From a virus (Duplodnaviria; Caudoviricetes): a stretch of 24,314 nt of DNA. The notes under the pieces were generated by a model. The model worked only from the letters and a program-made list of their open reading frames with translations, was not told the origin of the DNA and did not search any database. Position numbers and translations under genes: made by a program. Below are positions 8,251 to 17,026 of the stretch, in pieces. Every line of letters begins with the position of its first letter. The stretch's first letter is position 1. The stretch covers positions 1 to 24,314 of IMG/VR virus record IMGVR_UViG_3300017774_002658; one strand, written 5' to 3'.

Positions 8251-8754
8251 ATGGCGAAATACGAGAATAAAAACAGAAAACCCCACTTAGGATTACTAAA
8301 TTTTGAGGGTGATACATTCAGAGCGTACAAGATTGATACCTCTGAATACGTAATCGTGGATGACCACCACGAGATAATTGAATTTACCAACACAAAAGGT
8401 ATAATCTACATTATGAATGGTGGTAAATCTCTAACAACAAGTTACGGGAGAACATACACCATTTCAAACGAACACGAGAACGCAAGACCATCTGATGAAC
8501 AATTAAGAAAGTTCTTGGGATTGGCATCTTTGGAACCACAAGAGGATGATTTGGAACTTTGGGAATCTGTCCAATACAGAATGGATGCGGAAGGATTTGA
8601 CTATTGTTTTGAAAGTTATAGTCATTGGGATGAAATTAAAGATGAAGAGTTCCACCGGTTGAGATTAGAGTTTTTAAGAACGATGAGTGAACTTAGAAAC
8701 TATATTGAAAAAAAAGTTGAGGATGGAAGACAAAAAGAGTGGGATGGAGAATAA
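8251..8754 (+). CDS. Hypothetical protein
   Basis: ORF in operon-like packing. Confidence 0.75.
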   Translation: MAKYENKNRKPHLGLLNFEGDTFRAYKIDTSEYVIVDDHHEIIEFTNTKGIIYIMNGGKSLTTSYGRTYTISNEHENARPSDEQLRKFLGLASLEPQEDDLELWESVQYRMDAEGFDYCFESYSHWDEIKDEEFHRLRLEFLRTMSELRNYIEKKVEDGRQKEWDGE

Positions 8755-9025
8755 TTACGACCCCAATATGGTTGAGACCTTGAACCAAGTGTATGAATGT
8801 TATGAAACAGAACATTCTATGGCGACTAATCGGTGGATTCATCCGATGTTTCAAAACGGAACGTATAGTAAAGACAATTCCTGTCAACCACCTAATCCTG
8901 GAGAACTTCTAACAAAAGAAGAATTCTATAATGAGATGAATACAAATAGTGAATTATATAAAGAGTGGGAGAAATCTATCACAACTCTTTATTTTTACAT
9001 ATCAAAACAAAATAAAAATGAATAA
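8744..9025 (+). CDS. Hypothetical protein with a ThyA-insertion-like motif
   Basis: Likely start MENNY at 8744; contains LLTKEEFYNEMNTNSELYKEW. Confidence 0.7.
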   Translation: MENNYDPNMVETLNQVYECYETEHSMATNRWIHPMFQNGTYSKDNSCQPPNPGELLTKEEFYNEMNTNSELYKEWEKSITTLYFYISKQNKNE

Positions 9026-9164
9026 TCCACAAGTAATTGACGATGAATTATGGGACCATTACAGTGGGTTACCAAATCCGATGTGGTATCAACATATAAC
9101 AGAATTAGACGATGAAGAAGAAGATACAAGTAATAGCGATGATACTGAAGTTACTACTGGATAA
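9018..9164 (+). CDS. Small acidic hypothetical protein
   Basis: MNNPQVIDDELWDHYSGLPNPMWY...; the ATG overlaps the end of the previous gene. Confidence 0.6.
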   Translation: MNNPQVIDDELWDHYSGLPNPMWYQHITELDDEEEDTSNSDDTEVTTG

Positions 9165-9204
9165 AATAAAACGAAAAAGAAAAAGTATTTGGGATTTAGA
9201 ATAA
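9112..9204 (+). CDS. 30-aa basic microprotein (missing from the ORF track)
   Basis: MKKKIQVIAMILKLLLDKIKRKRKSIWDLE*; overlaps the acidic tail of the upstream ORF. Confidence 0.45.
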   Translation: MKKKIQVIAMILKLLLDKIKRKRKSIWDLE

Positions 9205-9231
9205 ATCTCATTAATTATCAAATTAAATAAA

Positions 9232-9408
9232 ATGACAAAATTTAAAACATCCGAAATACTAATATTATTAGTAACCGTGGGAATAATATTTGTAAGTGAG
9301 TATCACTACATTATTGAAAATGACGTTAATAAAGCCATCTTTCTTGGATTGTGGCCACCAACAATATTAGCGTTTCTAATTTACATTAATCTTAAAATGA
9401 AAAAATAA
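9232..9408 (+). CDS. 58-aa two-helix membrane protein (missing from the ORF track)
   Basis: MTKFKTSEILILLVTVGIIFVSEY...AIFLGLWPPTILAFLIYINLKMKK*; TAATG overlap with the next gene. Confidence 0.75.
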   Translation: MTKFKTSEILILLVTVGIIFVSEYHYIIENDVNKAIFLGLWPPTILAFLIYINLKMKK

Positions 9409-9728
9409 TGGAAGTAGTTGCATTAACAGTTGCAATAGTAACACTTTTCTCAGTGTTTATTGTAACAATTTGGAGAGAGTTAAATAGAGTTAGTTCTCCG
9501 GGATATAAACCTGAAAAAGTTAGACCCAAAGGTGGTAGGTATACTCTCATTAATTTAATGGAGAACTCAACTAAACCTAAAGTTAAAAAAAATAAACCAA
9601 AACCCCAAATGACGTTTGGGACAATTTCAGATATGGAATCAGATGGTGTTTATTTTAATAGAGAAAATGGTCAAGTTATATCAAAAGAATACATTAAAAA
9701 ATTTAAAAAAAGAATGAAGGATGAATAA
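9408..9728 (+). CDS. Membrane-anchored hypothetical protein
   Basis: N-terminal hydrophobic helix followed by a basic region. Confidence 0.7.
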   Translation: MEVVALTVAIVTLFSVFIVTIWRELNRVSSPGYKPEKVRPKGGRYTLINLMENSTKPKVKKNKPKPQMTFGTISDMESDGVYFNRENGQVISKEYIKKFKKRMKDE

Positions 9729-10872
9729 GATATTAAAAAAAATATTAAAAAATGAAGTTAAACGTCAAAATTCAACAATAGAATTAATTGCGTCTGAAAA
9801 TTTTACATCAAAGGCAATTATGAAATTATGTGGGTCGGTATTTACAAATAAATACGCCGAAGGTTACCCACATAGTAGATACTACAATGGATGTGAGAAT
9901 ATGGATGATGTAGAAGAATTGGCAATAAACGAATTGAAATCTTTGTTTAATGTTGATTATGCAAACGTACAACCTCATTCAGGTGCTAACGCTAATACAG
10001 CGGCGTTTCAGGCTTTAATATCCGTTGGTGATACAATATTGGGAATGGATTTATCGGCCGGAGGACATTTATCACACGGTTCACCAGTTAATATTTCAGG
10101 TAAATTGTATAAAGCTGTTTCGTATGGTGTATCATCTGATGGTTTGATAGATTACGATGAAGTACGAAAAATTGCTAAAGAAACAAATCCAAAGTTAATT
10201 ATTGCCGGAGCATCCGCATACTCAAGACGTATTGAGTGGGACACCTTCAAAAATATCGCTAATGAAGTTGGTGCTTACCTATTGGCGGATATATCACATT
10301 ATTCAGGACTAATAGCAACCGGTGAATATCCATCACCGGTTGGGTTTGCCGATGTTATCACCTCAACAACTCACAAAACCTTAAGAGGACCAAGAGGTGG
10401 TGTTATTATGTGGAATAATCCGGAGTTTACCAAAAAAATTAATTCAGCAATTTTTCCCGGGACTCAAGGTGGTCCTTTGATGCACGTTGTTGCTGCGAAG
10501 GCTCAATGTTTTATTGAGGCAAACACACCTGAATTTAAAAATTATACTAAACAAGTTATTTCAAATGCTAAAGTAATGTGTGAGGTGTTTAAGGAAAATG
10601 GTTTGAATATAATTAGTGATGGTACTGATTGTCATATGTTACTTCTTGATGTTAGTAACACAAAGTATAATGGAAAACAGGCGGCTGACTTATTAGAAAA
10701 AAATGGTATAACGGTAAATAAAAATAGTATTCCTAATGACCCATTACCATTCACACAGACATCCGGAATAAGAATTGGAACGGCAGCAGAAACTACTCGT
10801 GGATTGGTGGAGAAAGATTTTAAGAAGATTGCAAATAAAATTGTAAAAATATTATTTAACGATAATGAATAA
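9721..10872 (+). CDS. glyA: Serine hydroxymethyltransferase
   Basis: LIASEN, NKYAEGYP, NVQPHSG, GGHLSHG, PLP-lysine motif TTHKTLRGPRGG, FPGTQGGP, SGIRIGT. Confidence 0.97.
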   Translation: MNKILKKILKNEVKRQNSTIELIASENFTSKAIMKLCGSVFTNKYAEGYPHSRYYNGCENMDDVEELAINELKSLFNVDYANVQPHSGANANTAAFQALISVGDTILGMDLSAGGHLSHGSPVNISGKLYKAVSYGVSSDGLIDYDEVRKIAKETNPKLIIAGASAYSRRIEWDTFKNIANEVGAYLLADISHYSGLIATGEYPSPVGFADVITSTTHKTLRGPRGGVIMWNNPEFTKKINSAIFPGTQGGPLMHVVAAKAQCFIEANTPEFKNYTKQVISNAKVMCEVFKENGLNIISDGTDCHMLLLDVSNTKYNGKQAADLLEKNGITVNKNSIPNDPLPFTQTSGIRIGTAAETTRGLVEKDFKKIANKIVKILFNDNE

Positions 10873-11038
10873 ATTAGATAATCTTTATGCTGTGTATGAA
10901 AAATCACCGGCACACGGGAGTAAAGAACATAATGTAATCTTGGCTCCTTTCAAAACTAAAGAAGAGGCAGAACAAAGCAGAATTAAATATGGTTATAACA
11001 CAGATAATTATTACGTAGATATTTTAAAATATGAATAA
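10865..11038 (+). CDS. 57-aa hypothetical protein between glyA and thyA (missing from the ORF track)
   Basis: MNKLDNLYAVYEKSPAHGSKEHNVILAPFKTKEEAEQSRIKYGYNTDNYYVDILKYE*; overlaps both neighbours by 8 nt. Confidence 0.7.
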   Translation: MNKLDNLYAVYEKSPAHGSKEHNVILAPFKTKEEAEQSRIKYGYNTDNYYVDILKYE

Positions 11039-12293
11039 CATAGACAAAAAATACCAAGCACTATTACAAGACATCCTGGATAATGGTATGGAGAAAAAAG
11101 ATAGAACCGGAACGGGAACAATCTCAGTATTTGGAAGACAAATCAGACATAAAATGTCAGAAGGATTCCCATTGCTTACTACTAAGAAAATGCCATTCAA
11201 AACAATTGTAACAGAACTTCTTTGGTTCCTTCGTGGTGATACAAACATTAAGTTCCTTGTTGATAATGATTGTCATATTTGGGATGGTGATGCTTATAAG
11301 AATTATAAATCAACCACATTAGAAAACGATATGAAAAAATCGGCTTGGGAACTTACAGTTCAATCTATGAGTGGGGAAAAATTTATTCTATCACAAGAAG
11401 AATTCATCAACAAAATCAAAACAGATGATGAGTTTGCTAAGAAGTGGGGTGAGTTAGGTCCAATTTATGGTAGACAATGGAGAGAATGGAAACAATTTAT
11501 TCCTTATAACGTAACAGAAGAAAATTGTAAAGTAGCTGTTGGAATAACAGACCAAATCGCAAACTTAATCTCTGAACTCAAAACAAATCCAGACTCAAGA
11601 CGATTAATGGTTAATACCTGGAATGTTGGAGAATTAGACCAAATGGTTCTTCCACCTTGTCATTATGGATTTCAAGTTTATACAAGGGAGTTGAGTGATG
11701 TTGAAAGATATACGATTGCAAGACAGTATGGATTATGCCCTAAATATAGTAATATAGGTATTGAAAATTGTACAGAAGAAGAACATTACAATAAATATAA
11801 TGTTCCAACCAGAGCAATCTCTTTAATGTGGAATCAACGTTCAGTAGATACATTCTTAGGTTTACCATTCAACATTGCTTCTTATGGATTGTTATTAGAA
11901 ATAATTGCAAAAGAAGTTAATATGGTTCCTGATGAGTTGATTGGAAATCTTGGTGATGTTCATTTATATTCAAATCATATCGAACAAGCAAAAGAACAGA
12001 TTGGAAGAGAATTAAGTTTAGAAGAAAGAAGTTTTATTGCTAGTTCAAATCACAGTGAAGTATCTCAAAATATAAAAATGTTTACAGGTATTGATGAAGA
12101 CCATACATTACACAAACATTTAGATGATGTTAATATTCCTAAAAGAACAAGAGAACCTTACCCATTACCAACACTAAAAAAATTACCCGATTATCTGTGT
12201 ATAGAAGAAAATTGGGAATGTTATGAAATAGATGATATTCAAGTAGAAAACTATCAATCACATCCAACAATAAAAGCACCTTTAAGTAATTAA
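11031..12293 (+). CDS. thyA: Thymidylate synthase with three large insertions
   Basis: DRTGTGT, FPLLTTKK, ELLWFLRGDTN, GPIYG.QWR, PDSRR, catalytic LPPCH, QRSVDTFLGLPFNIASY (Asn typical of dUMP specificity), GDVHLYSNH. At 420 aa it is much longer than E. coli ThyA (264 aa). Confidence 0.95.
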   Translation: MNNIDKKYQALLQDILDNGMEKKDRTGTGTISVFGRQIRHKMSEGFPLLTTKKMPFKTIVTELLWFLRGDTNIKFLVDNDCHIWDGDAYKNYKSTTLENDMKKSAWELTVQSMSGEKFILSQEEFINKIKTDDEFAKKWGELGPIYGRQWREWKQFIPYNVTEENCKVAVGITDQIANLISELKTNPDSRRLMVNTWNVGELDQMVLPPCHYGFQVYTRELSDVERYTIARQYGLCPKYSNIGIENCTEEEHYNKYNVPTRAISLMWNQRSVDTFLGLPFNIASYGLLLEIIAKEVNMVPDELIGNLGDVHLYSNHIEQAKEQIGRELSLEERSFIASSNHSEVSQNIKMFTGIDEDHTLHKHLDDVNIPKRTREPYPLPTLKKLPDYLCIEENWECYEIDDIQVENYQSHPTIKAPLSN

Positions 12294-12295
12294 AA

Positions 12296-12532
12296 ATGTT
12301 AATTCATATTCAGACACAGGAATTGGAAAAAGAGTTTATAAATCCGATTAAAAATGGGTTTGTGTCTCAACCGGCAATTGATTATCAAACAAATGATATT
12401 CACGCACAATACGAAGGAAAAGATGTTGTTATCTTTAACTTCAAAAAGTATGGTTGGTTAAACGATAACAGATATAACACCTACAACCTATCATTAGGTC
12501 CAGCAGGTATAACAATTGAAATATTATTATGA
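12296..12532 (+). CDS. Hypothetical protein
   Basis: ORF, tightly packed. Confidence 0.7.
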   Translation: MLIHIQTQELEKEFINPIKNGFVSQPAIDYQTNDIHAQYEGKDVVIFNFKKYGWLNDNRYNTYNLSLGPAGITIEILL

Positions 12533-12750
12533 AAAAAATAAAAGTAAAAGATTATATTAATTATCCGGGATACGATATTGCTTGGATTGGGTGGGAAACA
12601 CAATCATCTTATTGTCTCTCTAAAATAAAAAATAAATTTGATGAGAATGGTAATATTTCTCAGAGTTGGTTACTTAAACAATTAGAGGTAGAGTGGGTAT
12701 TAAAATCTGAGTTTAATTATCCAATAGTTAAATTAGAGAAAAACAATTAA
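12529..12750 (+). CDS. Hypothetical protein
   Basis: ATGA overlap with the upstream gene. Confidence 0.65.
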   Translation: MKKIKVKDYINYPGYDIAWIGWETQSSYCLSKIKNKFDENGNISQSWLLKQLEVEWVLKSEFNYPIVKLEKNN

Positions 12751-12751
12751 T

Positions 12752-12958
12752 ATGAATGTAAATAATAAATACAACATAGGAGACACTGTTTATGTTAGAA
12801 CAGATGTAAATCAAATACCAAACATAGTAATTGCTATTACGATTTATAGTGATACTTACCACACATATAAAATAAATTCAATGGATAATTGTAGTGACTA
12901 TCGTGACTATGAAATTTCAAGTGAAAAAAATTTAGTATTAAAAATTGAAAATTACTAA
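12752..12958 (+). CDS. Small SH3/KOW-like hypothetical protein
   Basis: KYNIGDTVYV start, typical of small beta-barrel phage proteins. Confidence 0.65.
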   Translation: MNVNNKYNIGDTVYVRTDVNQIPNIVIAITIYSDTYHTYKINSMDNCSDYRDYEISSEKNLVLKIENY

Positions 12959-12998
12959 AAAACAAACAAATTATGGAAAACAAAAAACATAGAGTAAT

Positions 12999-13340
12999 AT
13001 GAAAAGTCCATTAACCGGAAAAGAAATGAAACTAATGTCGGAACCATCTACATTGTATTATAGAGGTAAGACATACGATGTAACACACCACTTTTACTTA
13101 TGTGAATTAACAAACGAAAAATTCACAACAACAGAGTTGGATGAAATTAATTTACAAGAACTTAACAAACAAGTTGATTTTGATTCTTTAGATACAGTCA
13201 AAAAGACTCAATTAGACGAACTAAATAATTTTTTAATTGATGTTGCAAACACAAATGCCGGTATTCGTAGAAAAATAGTTACAATTGAAAAATACATTAA
13301 AAATTTAAAAACAACAAAAGACCAAATTGGAAAACAATAA
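12999..13340 (+). CDS. Protein with an MqsA/YgiT-type N-terminal domain and no obvious HTH
   Basis: MKSPLTGKEMKL...YRGKTYDVTHHFYLCELTNEKFTTTELDEINL resembles the N-terminus of Bacteroidetes MqsA-family antitoxins (recognition only). Confidence 0.6.
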   Translation: MKSPLTGKEMKLMSEPSTLYYRGKTYDVTHHFYLCELTNEKFTTTELDEINLQELNKQVDFDSLDTVKKTQLDELNNFLIDVANTNAGIRRKIVTIEKYIKNLKTTKDQIGKQ

Positions 13341-13662
13341 TTATTTTAAGAAGAATAAGGTAAAAATTAATAAAATTGTTAAGGAGTATAATAGTGCTTC
13401 AACCAAAGAAGTTTGGGAGGGTGTAAGAGACAATTTTACATTTGGATTCTTAGGTGCTACCTTAGTTGTTTTTATTGCTACACGAACAGATATTGCTGTT
13501 TTGATGGGATACATCGTATATTACTTCTATATGGGTAAAATCGTTAATAGACCAAAATATGTAACTGATTTGGGTAAATTAATTGTGTTTCCGATACCAT
13601 CCGCTTTAGGTGCATTCACCGGATACAAACTAAGTTATATTTTACTAACATTATTACAATAA
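13327..13662 (+). CDS. Multi-pass membrane protein
   Basis: About three hydrophobic segments. Confidence 0.75.
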   Translation: MENNNYFKKNKVKINKIVKEYNSASTKEVWEGVRDNFTFGFLGATLVVFIATRTDIAVLMGYIVYYFYMGKIVNRPKYVTDLGKLIVFPIPSALGAFTGYKLSYILLTLLQ

Positions 13663-13692
13663 AAAAACCGACTTAATGTCGGTTTTGTTGTT
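13661..13692. terminator. Bidirectional intrinsic terminator
   Basis: aaaaccgac-ttaat-gtcggtttt between convergent genes. Confidence 0.8.
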
Positions 13693-14310
13693 TTAAGCAA
13701 TTTCTGTTTTATTGATTGGATGTGGTTTTGGTGAATTACCGGCAATATATCCTTGGGATACTTTACGTAATAAATCTTTGGTTCCCCACTTTGAATTTAT
13801 AACTGCGTCAGTTAATTTGGATAATCCAACATCATTTTTAAATCCGTCAATGATTTTATCGTAACCATATTTATTTCTTCCATTCACTAATGTTTTACAA
13901 GTGGCTTTTATACCATCTTCAGGTGTTTGATAGTTTTTAACACCAACGGATGTGTTTGATATATTTGTTGCCCCGTCCATTTTCATTGTAGTATTAAATG
14001 GGTTGTTTTTAGCTTTACCTCCTTCGGACTGTCTCCAAGCATACATAAATAACATATTGCTTTTAGTTGGTTCCGCACCTAAACATTTTAATACGGATTT
14101 ATAAAAATTATCATCAGACGTTGTATTGTTACTTAAATCAAATGTTTCAATACCACCTTTTGAATTATTTCCAAAATTACCGGTTTTAAGCATATCAACA
14201 ATTGTATCGGCCAAACTTGTAAGTGCGTCTCCCGCACCTTGTTCGTTAATGTTATATAACGATTTGATTTTATTTTTTTCTTCTTCGGTTATTAATATTT
14301 TTTTTGACAT
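13693..14310 (-). CDS. Lysozyme-fold (glucosaminidase/transglycosylase-like) protein with ILITE leader
   Basis: AWRQSEGG...NNPFNTT...GVKNYQTPEDGIKAT..TL...Y..I...SKWGT pattern; TATTTATA box upstream. Confidence 0.65.
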   Translation of the reverse strand: MSKKILITEEEKNKIKSLYNINEQGAGDALTSLADTIVDMLKTGNFGNNSKGGIETFDLSNNTTSDDNFYKSVLKCLGAEPTKSNMLFMYAWRQSEGGKAKNNPFNTTMKMDGATNISNTSVGVKNYQTPEDGIKATCKTLVNGRNKYGYDKIIDGFKNDVGLSKLTDAVINSKWGTKDLLRKVSQGYIAGNSPKPHPINKTEIA

Positions 14311-14327
14311 ATCAATTTTTCTTTTAT

Positions 14328-14359
14328 TATAAATACTATCATATTTTAATATATTTATA
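14328..14359. promoter_or_regulatory. Back-to-back divergent TATTTATA boxes
   Basis: tataaata at 14328-14335 (serving the minus-strand gene) and tatttata at 14352-14359 (serving the plus-strand gene). Confidence 0.65.
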
Positions 14360-14362
14360 AAT

Positions 14363-14752
14363 ATGAAAATAACGATTAAACATATTGATTCGGATGTCCC
14401 AAAAGAGAATTATGAATTTTATAATGACTTTATCCAATATCTACAAAAATCTTACCCATTAAAAAATAATATAATTATTAAGTTTGTTGGGAAAAGAATT
14501 GGTAATATGACTACCGGTCAAAGAAATTCAGAAAATGAGTTAATAATCTTGTCTAAAGGTAGAATGAATCGAGACATTTTAAGAACACTTGCTCACGAAT
14601 GGGTTCACGAATATCAAAGAACTATTTTAAATCGGGAACAAGGTCCTGATATTGGTGGAAAGAATGAAGATGAGGCAAATTCTGAATCAGGTTCAATAAT
14701 TAAGAAATTTGAAAAATCTCACCCAAAGGATGAGAAAAAAATGTATGAATAA
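14363..14752 (+). CDS. HExxH zinc metallopeptidase-like protein
   Basis: LRTLAHEWVHEYQ followed by EDEAN. Confidence 0.75.
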   Translation: MKITIKHIDSDVPKENYEFYNDFIQYLQKSYPLKNNIIIKFVGKRIGNMTTGQRNSENELIILSKGRMNRDILRTLAHEWVHEYQRTILNREQGPDIGGKNEDEANSESGSIIKKFEKSHPKDEKKMYE

Positions 14753-14790
14753 TTATTAAACTTTAAAAACAAAAAGTTGTTAGTGTCTCA

Positions 14791-15216
14791 TTACGAGATA
14801 CTAACAACTTCTAAATCAAAGATTAATTTTTTTCCAGCCAAAGGATGGTTAGCGTCTAAAGTAACGGTTTCTTCGTTAACTGCTATTACTTGTACATTTA
14901 CCGGTCCTTGAGGTCCCATACCTTGTAATGATTCCCCAACTTGGATTCCTTCAGGAACATTTGTTCTTGGAACTTCGTTAATAAATTCAGGATTTGGTTC
15001 ACCGTAAGAATCTTCAACGGAAAGTTCGATAGTTTTTTTATCACCTTCAACCATATCAATTAAACCTGATTCAAATCCTTTAATAAGTTGTCCTAATCCC
15101 AACTCAACTTCTAATGGTTCACGACCTTCGGCGATTGATGTGTCAAAGATTGTTCCATCTTCTAATCTTCCTGTGTAATGTACTTTTACTTTACTTGTTG
15201 TCTCTACTTTTTTCAT
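14791..15216 (-). CDS. FKBP-type peptidyl-prolyl isomerase, SlyD/SlpA-like, without a His-rich tail
   Basis: VKVHYTGRLEDGTIFDTS, LG.GQLIKGFE, DANHPLAGKKLIFDLEV. Confidence 0.93.
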   Translation of the reverse strand: MKKVETTSKVKVHYTGRLEDGTIFDTSIAEGREPLEVELGLGQLIKGFESGLIDMVEGDKKTIELSVEDSYGEPNPEFINEVPRTNVPEGIQVGESLQGMGPQGPVNVQVIAVNEETVTLDANHPLAGKKLIFDLEVVSIS

Positions 15217-15337
15217 AAATTAAATGTTTTTTACAATAATAAGAGTAATAAAAATAAAAATCAAATATTATTGATTAAAAAACAAATTATCTCTATAATT
15301 ATAGTAATAATTAATCCCTAAAAACCCTTATAATCTT

Positions 15338-15532
15338 ATGTCAAACGAAGAACACGTTGAAGAAATGTTTTATTTATCACACATTTCAGGTGTATATAAA
15401 CAATTTTCAGAAATAGTAACTGAAACCCATAAATATAGTCCAGAAAAAAGTATTTGTGAGGTCACTGAGTGTGTGTTTGAGGAATTTATAAGGGAAGGTT
15501 TAATTGACTCTGATGTATATTTATTTATTTAA
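15338..15532 (+). CDS. Hypothetical protein
   Basis: ORF with its own intergenic leader. Confidence 0.65.
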   Translation: MSNEEHVEEMFYLSHISGVYKQFSEIVTETHKYSPEKSICEVTECVFEEFIREGLIDSDVYLFI

Positions 15533-15794
15533 CATCAATTGTTGATGTTAGGTTAACATTTTCTTCTTTACCCATATATTTCCAACTCTCTATCACTAAA
15601 TGTTCCAATCCAACCGGGAATGACTCAATACATAATTCAGGGTCGGTTGTGAGTAACTTACAGTCGACAGTAAAACATTTGTTATTGGTCGAATATTGAA
15701 TAAAATTAACCACAATGACGCTACCTACACCAAATAATAGTTCAAGGTCGTCTTTTAGGACAATATTTATAAAAAATTCAAAAGCTTTCTTCAT
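15525..15794 (-). CDS. Hypothetical protein
   Basis: Likely start MKKAFEFF at 15794. Confidence 0.65.
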   Translation of the reverse strand: MKKAFEFFINIVLKDDLELLFGVGSVIVVNFIQYSTNNKCFTVDCKLLTTDPELCIESFPVGLEHLVIESWKYMGKEENVNLTSTIDVK

Positions 15795-15880
15795 ATTATT
15801 AAATATAGGTGGAAAAATTGATTTATCCAATTCAAGATTTGATTTATATTAAATCGTTATTTATAATTAAAGAAAAAACT

Positions 15881-16132
15881 ATGTATTTAAATGTAATTTT
15901 AACGATTTTCGTGATTGTCCAAGTTGTCACAATAGTATTAATCTATAAATGGTGGAATAAATATGGAAGAAAACTATTCACATCATTTACTGATATGAAA
16001 AAGGGGTTTTCCACTAATTCTTTTGGTGGTAATGGGGTTAAAAGTCCAAACCCATTTGGAAATATTCCGGATATGAATGAAATGATGAAACAATTGTCAG
16101 ATATGACTAAAAAAATGAGTAATCTTAAGTAA
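15881..16132 (+). CDS. Single-pass membrane protein
   Basis: Start MYLNVIL at 15881 after TATTTATA at 15858-15865; one N-terminal TM helix. Confidence 0.7.
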   Translation: MYLNVILTIFVIVQVVTIVLIYKWWNKYGRKLFTSFTDMKKGFSTNSFGGNGVKSPNPFGNIPDMNEMMKQLSDMTKKMSNLK

Positions 16133-16344
16133 TGGACTTATATACTATTCATCAAGAGTTCAATTGGGTTAATAAAGTATTATTTTCTTCTAAAACAGAT
16201 AAACATATTGAATGTTGTGTCAATTTATTTAAAAATTTTTTGAATAAATGGAGTTTTGAGATGACTGAAGACTTAAAAATCCTGTTTAATCGAGATTTTA
16301 CTGAAAATTATTTGTTTCAGAGAGAAAAAGTATTACCTTTGTAA
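16132..16344 (+). CDS. Hypothetical phage protein
   Basis: TAATG overlap with the upstream gene. Confidence 0.7.
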   Translation: MDLYTIHQEFNWVNKVLFSSKTDKHIECCVNLFKNFLNKWSFEMTEDLKILFNRDFTENYLFQREKVLPL

Positions 16345-16356
16345 AAAATATTAAAA

Positions 16357-17004
16357 ATGGAACCGGAAAAAGACATATTTGACGAGTGGGCTGAAAAAAG
16401 AGAAAAAAAACCTTGGATTGTACGAAAACTACGATTTATTCCACTATGGTGGAATCACGAGGGTAAGTATTATCATAAAATGTTTAGAACGGGGGTGAAA
16501 AACCTAATTTATTGGTTTCCAATCATATGGAAAGACCGAAATTGGGACAGTCATTACATTTTTGAGATAATGAAACATAAATTAACCACTCAAGCCGACT
16601 ATATTAGTCGTAGGGATTTTCATACACGAGCTCAACAAGATGCTAAAGTAATGAGATTATGTGTAAAATTGATGGGATTGGTTCAAGACGATTTTTATTC
16701 TTCAGAATATTCGGATTTTCATAAAACCAAACACTGGTTTGATGATGTTCCTGAAAAACCGGGATATTCTTCTTGGGAATCACGATTATTGGAAGAGAAT
16801 TTTGACGATTACTTCAAAAAATACCCATTAATTTACAAAAGAGTAATAAATGGTGAAGGTATTTTTTCGTTAGGAGACCACGATAATGTCAGTACTGATA
16901 AAAAACAAAGAATTGCGATGAATATCGGTCATATAAACCACGATAGAGCAAGAAAATTGTTATTCAAGATTATGAGTGATAATATAGAAAAATGGTGGGA
17001 TTAG
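16357..17004 (+). CDS. Conserved phage hypothetical protein (WFPIIWKDRNWD...WWD)
   Basis: Trp-rich motifs; TACCTTTG box at 16334-16341. Confidence 0.8.
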   Translation: MEPEKDIFDEWAEKREKKPWIVRKLRFIPLWWNHEGKYYHKMFRTGVKNLIYWFPIIWKDRNWDSHYIFEIMKHKLTTQADYISRRDFHTRAQQDAKVMRLCVKLMGLVQDDFYSSEYSDFHKTKHWFDDVPEKPGYSSWESRLLEENFDDYFKKYPLIYKRVINGEGIFSLGDHDNVSTDKKQRIAMNIGHINHDRARKLLFKIMSDNIEKWWD

Positions 17005-17026
17005 TTGAGATTTTTTAATTTAAAAT

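Noticed and set aside
11031-12293. ThyA as a DNA-modifying dCMP hydroxymethylase, or as intein/intron-containing
   Set aside because: It retains the PFN asparagine typical of dUMP-specific enzymes. The insertions are short, in frame and lack intein termini or intron features.
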